From assembly GCA_963822965.1 (NCBI GenBank), contig CAWGJT010000013.1:32001-96000 (forward strand): a stretch of DNA of 64,000 bases. Direction: 5' to 3'. The notes beneath the pieces were generated by a model. That model saw nothing but the letters and a program-made list of their open reading frames with translations. It searched no databases and had not been told where the DNA came from. Both the position numbers and the translations under genes were made by a program. Below are positions 58,447-64,000 of the stretch, in pieces. Source of the stretch: an uncultured delta proteobacterium (GTDB taxonomy: Bacteria; Myxococcota_A; UBA9160; UBA4427). The first letter of the stretch is position 1. Each line of letters begins with the position of its first letter.

Positions 58447-60248
58447 CGCGTGCCGCCACGTCGACCCCGGGCTCGACGCCCGCCGAGCCTCCCCTCGACC
58501 GCCGCGACGCGCTCGCGATCGCCCTGCTGTTCGCAGCCGCCCTCGTCGTGCGGCTCGTGTACCTGCACCAGGTCGGGAGCCTTCCCTCCTTCGAGTCTCC
58601 TCTCGTCGACGCGCGTTCCTATCACGAGTGGGGGCGTGCGATCGCGGCCGGCGACTGGCTGGGCGATCGCGTCTTCTACCAGGCACCGGCGTATCCCTAC
58701 TTCCTGGGCGTCGTCTACGCGCTCTTCGGGCCCGAGCTCCAGGCCGCCCACGCGGTGCAGATGGTGCTCGGCGCCGTCTCGTGCGTGTTCCTCTACCTGG
58801 CGACGCGCGCCATGTTCGGGCGCGCCCCCGCCGCCGTGGCCGGGGGGCTGCTGGCCGGCTACGCGCCGGCGATCTTCTTCGACGGAATGATCCAGAAGAC
58901 CGGGCTCGGGCTCTTCCTGACGAGCGGTCTTCTCGTGCTGCTCACCCGCTTCGCCGCCCGGCCCGGTGCGGTGCTCGCCCTCGCGATGGGCGCGGTGACG
59001 GGCCTGCTGGCGCTCACCCGGGAGAACGCCCTCGTCTTCGCTCTCGTGATTCCGGTCTGGGTCGTGCTGCGCCGCTCGGACGCCGCGGCCCCCCGCCGCG
59101 TCGCGACAGCCGGCGCCTTCGCGCTCGGCGTGGCGCTCGTGCTGCTGCCCGTGGGCCTTCGCAACCTGGCCGTGGGGGACACCTTCGCGATCACCACCTC
59201 GCAGCTCGGACCGAACTTCTACATCGGCAACAATCCGCACGCGACGGGGCTCTACGCGCCCATCATGCCGGGCCGTCACATCCCCGACTTCGAGGGCGGC
59301 GACGCAGCCCGGGCGGCCGAGTGGGCAACCGATCGCACGCTCGGGCCCGGCGAGGTGTCGCGCTACTGGCTCGGCCGAAGCCTGACCTGGATCGCGCAGG
59401 CCCCCGGCGACTTCTCTCGGCTCTTCCTCGACAAGCTGCTCTTCACCCTGAACGACTACGAGATTCCGGACACCGAGGACATCTACGTCAACGCGGAGTT
59501 CTCGGGGGTGCTCGCCGCGCTGCACGGCGTGCTGCGCTTCGGCGTGCTTCTGCCCCTCGCGTTCGCGGGCTTCGTGTTCGCCTGGCGCGAGCGTACGCCG
59601 GGCGGCGCCAGCGGGCTGCTGGTGGCGCTTGCCGGCGTCTTCACCGTGGCCGTGGCCGCCTTCTACGTGTGGGCGCGCTACCGATTCCCGCTGGTGCCGC
59701 TGCTGCTTCCGTTCGCGGGCCTGGCCGTGGTGCGTGCCGCCGAGGCGGCGGGCGCCGGCGGCTGGCGGCGGCTCCTGGCGCCGGCGGCCGCACTCGTCGC
59801 CGGCTCGCTGCTCGCGAACGCGACGCTCTTCGATCGCGAGGCGCTGAGCCAGACCGCCTGGGTGAACCTCGCCAACATCCGCATGCGCGAGAAGCGCTTC
59901 GACGAGGCCGACGCCTATCTGGCGCGCGCCACCGCCATCCCGCACGAGAGCGCCGACCTGCACTTCCACCTGGCGGCGCTGCGCTTCCAGCAGAAGCGGA
60001 TCGACGAGGCCGAAGCGCACCTGCGCCGGATGCTCGAGCTCGACCCCAGCGACTTCCGCGGCCACCGGCTGCTGGCGCAGATCCTGCGCGAGCAGGGACG
60101 ACAGCACGAGGCCAACGAGCACCTGCGCGAGTCGGTGCGCCTGGACCCGGGCCGTACCCGCAAGGGTCGGCCCGGCGCGCCGCTTCCCGAAGCCGGCGCG
60201 GCTCTTCCAAAAGCCGGCGCGCCGCTGGACGAGGAGGTGGCCCCGTGA
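58443..60248 (+). CDS. GT-C glycosyltransferase with C-terminal TPR repeats
   Basis: VDARSYHEW, YQAPAYPYFL, NFYIGNNP, RYRFP, then TPR-like helices (AWVNLA, LHFHLA, GHRLLA). Confidence 0.8.
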   Translation: MTRAATSTPGSTPAEPPLDRRDALAIALLFAAALVVRLVYLHQVGSLPSFESPLVDARSYHEWGRAIAAGDWLGDRVFYQAPAYPYFLGVVYALFGPELQAAHAVQMVLGAVSCVFLYLATRAMFGRAPAAVAGGLLAGYAPAIFFDGMIQKTGLGLFLTSGLLVLLTRFAARPGAVLALAMGAVTGLLALTRENALVFALVIPVWVVLRRSDAAAPRRVATAGAFALGVALVLLPVGLRNLAVGDTFAITTSQLGPNFYIGNNPHATGLYAPIMPGRHIPDFEGGDAARAAEWATDRTLGPGEVSRYWLGRSLTWIAQAPGDFSRLFLDKLLFTLNDYEIPDTEDIYVNAEFSGVLAALHGVLRFGVLLPLAFAGFVFAWRERTPGGASGLLVALAGVFTVAVAAFYVWARYRFPLVPLLLPFAGLAVVRAAEAAGAGGWRRLLAPAAALVAGSLLANATLFDREALSQTAWVNLANIRMREKRFDEADAYLARATAIPHESADLHFHLAALRFQQKRIDEAEAHLRRMLELDPSDFRGHRLLAQILREQGRQHEANEHLRESVRLDPGRTRKGRPGAPLPEAGAALPKAGAPLDEEVAP

Positions 60249-62056
60249 GCCGCCGGGCCGACCGGCTGGCGGCCGCCGTGCTCGCGGCGCTCGGCGCCGC
60301 CATGGTCGCCTGGGGCTGGGGAACCTGGCCCCACGCCTTCGTGGACTTCGGGCGCGAGCTCTACGTGCCCTGGCGGCTCGTCGAGGGCGAGGTGCTCTAT
60401 CGCGATCTCGCGTGGTTCAACGGTCCGCTCTCGGCCTACGCCAACGCGGCCCTCTTCGCGCTCTTCGGTCCGGGCCTGCAGGTGCTGGTGCTCGCGAACC
60501 TGGCCCTCACCGGCGTGCTCGCCACGGTGCTCTACGCCGGAATCGCGCGCCTGGCGGACCGCACCGCCGCCTTCGTCGCCACGGCGGTGTTCCTGGTCCT
60601 CTTCGCCTTCGACCGCATCGACGCCATCGGCAACGACAACTACCTCACGCCGTACTCCCACGAGGTGGTGCACGGCCTGCTGCTCTCGCTGCTCGCGCTC
60701 ACCGCGTTCGATCGCCTTCGCGCACGGCCCCGCCTGGCCGCGGCGGCGAGCGGCGGGCTGCTGGGACTCGTCGCGCTCACGAAGGCCGAGGTCTTCGTGG
60801 CGGCGGCGCTGGCGCTGGCGTGCGCGATGGTGCTCGACGCGCACGCCCGCAGGAGCCGGGGCGGGGGGGCCGACGGGCTCGTCCGGGTGGCGCTCCTGGC
60901 GGCCGCGGCGCTCCTTCCGGTGGGGGTCGCGTTCGGCCTCCTGGCGCTGGCGATGCCCCCCGGCGCGGCCCTGCACGGCACCCTCGGCGCCTGGCCCGCC
61001 CTGCTCGCGAGCGACGTGACCTCCCAGTACTTCTACCGCGCCACCCTGGGCGTCGTGGACTTCGGCCGGAACCTCTCCCAGCTCTTCCAGTGGTCGCTGG
61101 CGTGGGCCGGGGTGCTGCTGTCCATCACGCTCGTCGCGCTGCGCGTACGACCCGCGCGGCGCGAGACGTCCCGGGTGGCGGCCTTCGCCACCGAGGCCGG
61201 CGCCTTCGTGGCGGCGCTCGTGCTCGTCCTCTACCTGGGCGGCGTGCTGCAGGCCCGCTGGCCGGAGGTGCTGCGCCCGCTCCCGCTGCTGCTCGCGGCC
61301 CTCTCCGCGGGCACGCTGATGCTCGCCTGGCGGGATCCGGACGCGGACGGTGTGCGGGGCATGCGCGCGTCGTGGCTCGTCTTCGCCACCGTGCTGCTCG
61401 CAAAGGTGCTGCTGCGTGTGCGCCTCGACCAGTACGGCTTCGCGCTCGCCATGCCCGGCGCAATGCTCGTCGTCGCCGCGATCACGTGCTGGCTGCCCCG
61501 GTGGGTGACGAGCCGGTGGCGGGACGGCGCCCTGGCGCGCTCTGCGGTGCTGGGCGTCATCGCGGCGGTGGTCCTGTCGCTGCTGCCCACGGTGGCCGCG
61601 CACTTCGCGGAGCGCAGCGTGCAGGTGGGCAGGGGCCGCGACGCATTCCTCGCCGACGAGGTCACGGGGCCGATCCTCGTCGCGACGCTGGCCGCGCTGG
61701 CCGAGCCGGGGCACGAGGGCAGCCTCGCCGTGCTTCCCGAAGGCGTGATGATCGACTACCTGGCGCGTCGGGTGAACCCGACGGGGCACGTGAACTTCAT
61801 GCCGCCCGAGCTGTTGATCTTCGGCGAGGAACGCATCCTCGAGGAGTTCCGCGCGCACCCCCCCGACTGGATCGCCCTCACCCACAAGGACACGCGCGAG
61901 TACGGCGTGGGCTTCTTCGGGCGGGGCTACGGGCGCGCCCTGTACGCCTGGGTGCAGCGGCACTACGAGCCGCGCGCCCTGTTCGGCGACGCACCTCTCG
62001 CGCCGGGGAGCCGGTTCGGAATCCGGCTGCTCGAGCGTCGCCGCGAGACCCGCTGA
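60245..62056 (+). CDS. GT-C-like multi-TM glycosyltransferase
   Basis: VDFGRELY...GEVLYRD...NGPLS, PYSH, LTKAE. Confidence 0.72.
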   Translation: MSRRADRLAAAVLAALGAAMVAWGWGTWPHAFVDFGRELYVPWRLVEGEVLYRDLAWFNGPLSAYANAALFALFGPGLQVLVLANLALTGVLATVLYAGIARLADRTAAFVATAVFLVLFAFDRIDAIGNDNYLTPYSHEVVHGLLLSLLALTAFDRLRARPRLAAAASGGLLGLVALTKAEVFVAAALALACAMVLDAHARRSRGGGADGLVRVALLAAAALLPVGVAFGLLALAMPPGAALHGTLGAWPALLASDVTSQYFYRATLGVVDFGRNLSQLFQWSLAWAGVLLSITLVALRVRPARRETSRVAAFATEAGAFVAALVLVLYLGGVLQARWPEVLRPLPLLLAALSAGTLMLAWRDPDADGVRGMRASWLVFATVLLAKVLLRVRLDQYGFALAMPGAMLVVAAITCWLPRWVTSRWRDGALARSAVLGVIAAVVLSLLPTVAAHFAERSVQVGRGRDAFLADEVTGPILVATLAALAEPGHEGSLAVLPEGVMIDYLARRVNPTGHVNFMPPELLIFGEERILEEFRAHPPDWIALTHKDTREYGVGFFGRGYGRALYAWVQRHYEPRALFGDAPLAPGSRFGIRLLERRRETR

Positions 62057-62059
62057 CGT

Positions 62060-63544
62060 TCAACGCGTGACGCGCCAGATACGAAGGCGATCGCTCCCGG
62101 TCACGGCGAGGTCGAGCACGGGCTCGCGCCGGGGTACCTCGAGCGCGAGGAAGAGCTTGTTCTCCAGGGCGTTGCGGCGCCAGAACTCGCTGTCGCTGCG
62201 ATCGAGGAAGACCACGTAGAAGGACCCGCTCTGCTCGAGCAGGCGATGGAGCTCGGGTCGGGCGAGCCCCTCGCGCCGCAGGACCACGCGATTCCCGTAG
62301 ACGAGGTCGATGAACTTCCCGGTGGCGCGCCAATTGGTGACGATCACCGAGCCTTCCTCGGTGTTCTCGTAGATGGCGTCGCGGATCGCGGCCTGCTCGC
62401 CCGCCCAGCGCCCGTGCACCCACTGGACGCCCACCAGAAGGAAGGCGAGCGCCACCAGTGCGGCCACGAGCGCGGCGCCGCCGAAGGCGTCCAGCCAGCG
62501 CCGTCGCGGGAGGGGCGCGCGCTCCCGCAGCCACGCCGCCAGTCGCGGCCACACCTCGCCGGACGCGAAGGCGAGCACCGGCAGCAGCGGGATGAAGTAG
62601 CGCGGCCCGAGCACCAGGCGCTTGACCCAGCCGCTCGGCTCGGCGCTGTACGCGTACAGCAGGTGGAGGGTCACGAAGGCGGCGACGGTGACGACGATCT
62701 CGGGGCGGCGACGGCCGCGATAGGCGAGACCCGCGACGAGCCCGCCCGGCACGAGCACCAGCAGCGAGAGCAGGTAGACGGGCGCCGTGTCGGCGATGGA
62801 AGAGAGCGAGAAGGCGTCCGGCGACTTGAGGAAGAACGGGTCGCCGAAGAAGAGCCCCGCCGAGACCCCCCGCACGGAGACCCCCAGCACGCCCCCGACC
62901 ACGAGCGCCGACCAGCCGGCGTCGCGCCGCACGAGCGATCCCAGGAAGAGCGGCGCGAAGAGCAGGACGTTCGCCTCCCGGAACGCCAGGGAGAAGCCGG
63001 CCAGGAAGCCCGCGCCGATCCACGCCGGGAAGCCCCGCGAGAGCCCGCGCCAGTAGAGGAGCAGGCCCCCGGCCACCACCGCGAGGCTCGGCGCCTCGCT
63101 CATGGCGACGCGCCCCATCACGAGGGTCGAGGGGTAGGCGAGCACGAGCAGCGCCCACAGGGGCGAGCGCGCTTCCTCCCGCAGCCAGCGCGCGGTGGCG
63201 GCGACACCCAGCAGGGTGCAGAGCAGGGGCAGCAGCCAGGCCGCGTCGCGACCGCCGAGGGCGACGAAGGGTGCCAGCAGGAGCGCCGTGCCCAGGGGAT
63301 AGTCGTTGATGGGACGCATCTCCGCCGGAGCGCCCGTGAAGGGATCGATGATCTCCACCGACCGGGTCCCGGCAAGGACGAGCTGCGCCTGGCGGAGGTA
63401 GGTGCCCTCGTCGGCGACGGTCACGCCAGCGGGATAGAAGAGCAGAAAGGCGCCGGCATAGACACCCAGCATCCCGGCCACCAGCCACTTCGCCCGGGAC
63501 GGCTCGAAGAGCCGCAATCCCCGCGCTGCGAACCCGTCCGGCAT
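62060..63544 (-). CDS. GT-C-like multi-TM glycosyltransferase
   Basis: VADEGTY, YPLG, MSE, FRE, GPRYFIP. Confidence 0.72.
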   Translation of the reverse strand: MPDGFAARGLRLFEPSRAKWLVAGMLGVYAGAFLLFYPAGVTVADEGTYLRQAQLVLAGTRSVEIIDPFTGAPAEMRPINDYPLGTALLLAPFVALGGRDAAWLLPLLCTLLGVAATARWLREEARSPLWALLVLAYPSTLVMGRVAMSEAPSLAVVAGGLLLYWRGLSRGFPAWIGAGFLAGFSLAFREANVLLFAPLFLGSLVRRDAGWSALVVGGVLGVSVRGVSAGLFFGDPFFLKSPDAFSLSSIADTAPVYLLSLLVLVPGGLVAGLAYRGRRRPEIVVTVAAFVTLHLLYAYSAEPSGWVKRLVLGPRYFIPLLPVLAFASGEVWPRLAAWLRERAPLPRRRWLDAFGGAALVAALVALAFLLVGVQWVHGRWAGEQAAIRDAIYENTEEGSVIVTNWRATGKFIDLVYGNRVVLRREGLARPELHRLLEQSGSFYVVFLDRSDSEFWRRNALENKLFLALEVPRREPVLDLAVTGSDRLRIWRVTR

Positions 63545-63633
63545 GGGGCGCATCTTATCGGGTTCACTCGACCGGAGCGCCCCTGCTAGACTCGTCGACC
63601 ACGTCGCACGAACCGAGAGGCAGCAGGCATCGC

Positions 63634-64000
63634 ATGAATACCCGTCCCGGGTTTCGTGGCGGCTGGGTGATCCTCTTCGTCGCATGCGTGCTGCTGCTCT
63701 CCGGCATCGACGCGCTGCTGCTCGAGATCTCACAGACCTTCTTCACGGCCGGCTTCAACGGCGCCTACATCGAGGGCGCGGGGCCGATCGCCGCCTTCGC
63801 GGCGATCAGCCTGCTGGCGGACGCGTGCCTGATCCTCTTCGTCTGGACCGCGACGCTCTCGCTCTTCTCGATCCGGCGCGGAACCGCAGCGCAGAAGGCC
63901 GTGATCGCGGCCTCGGCCGCCCTCGCCGTGCCCCTCTCGATCGACTTCGTCCGCTTCCAGGTCGGCTCGACCCTCGGCCGCATGGTGTCGATACCCATCC
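63634..64000 (+). CDS. Membrane protein, 5' part only (runs off the window)
   Basis: MNTRPGFRGGWVILFVACVLLLSGIDALLLEISQTFFTAGFNG...; open to the window end. Confidence 0.6.
   Translation, partial: MNTRPGFRGGWVILFVACVLLLSGIDALLLEISQTFFTAGFNGAYIEGAGPIAAFAAISLLADACLILFVWTATLSLFSIRRGTAAQKAVIAASAALAVPLSIDFVRFQVGSTLGRMVSIPI

Noticed and set aside
60174..60230. Imperfect 21-bp repeat (GAPLPEA/GAALPKA/GAPL)
   Set aside because: Short low-complexity C-terminal tail with no evidence of a separate function.

Overview
High-GC bacterial DNA (about 70% by eye; the gene content suggests a Myxococcota/deltaproteobacterial-like organism, which is an inference). The main accessory element is an integron gene-cassette array on the minus strand at about 8.3-11.1 kb. 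It has four attC sites, a probable attI, and cassettes for an LRR protein, a RelE/HigA-type toxin-antitoxin pair, a truncated membrane-protein gene and a lipoprotein, but no integrase gene is present in the window. One attC is broken exactly at its R'' box by what looks like the left end of an IS110-family element. All four attC sites carry a -10-like GGTAGNNT motif 60-70 bp upstream of the crossover. Possible fossil attC sites lie further left. Most of the rest is a large cell-envelope glycan-modification region: seven GT-C/ArnT-like enzymes, two polyprenol-phosphate-type GT2s, GT9, a sulfotransferase, AlkP/sulfatase-family enzymes, methyltransferases, a radical SAM enzyme, epimerases, and an HpnN-like transporter coupled to an ankyrin lipoprotein. 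Housekeeping and metabolic genes include rqcH, mutM, ileS and pqqB-pqqCD-pqqE. Several genes, especially the pqq operon, carry small indels that look like long-read consensus errors. No rRNA, tRNA or CRISPR array was seen.
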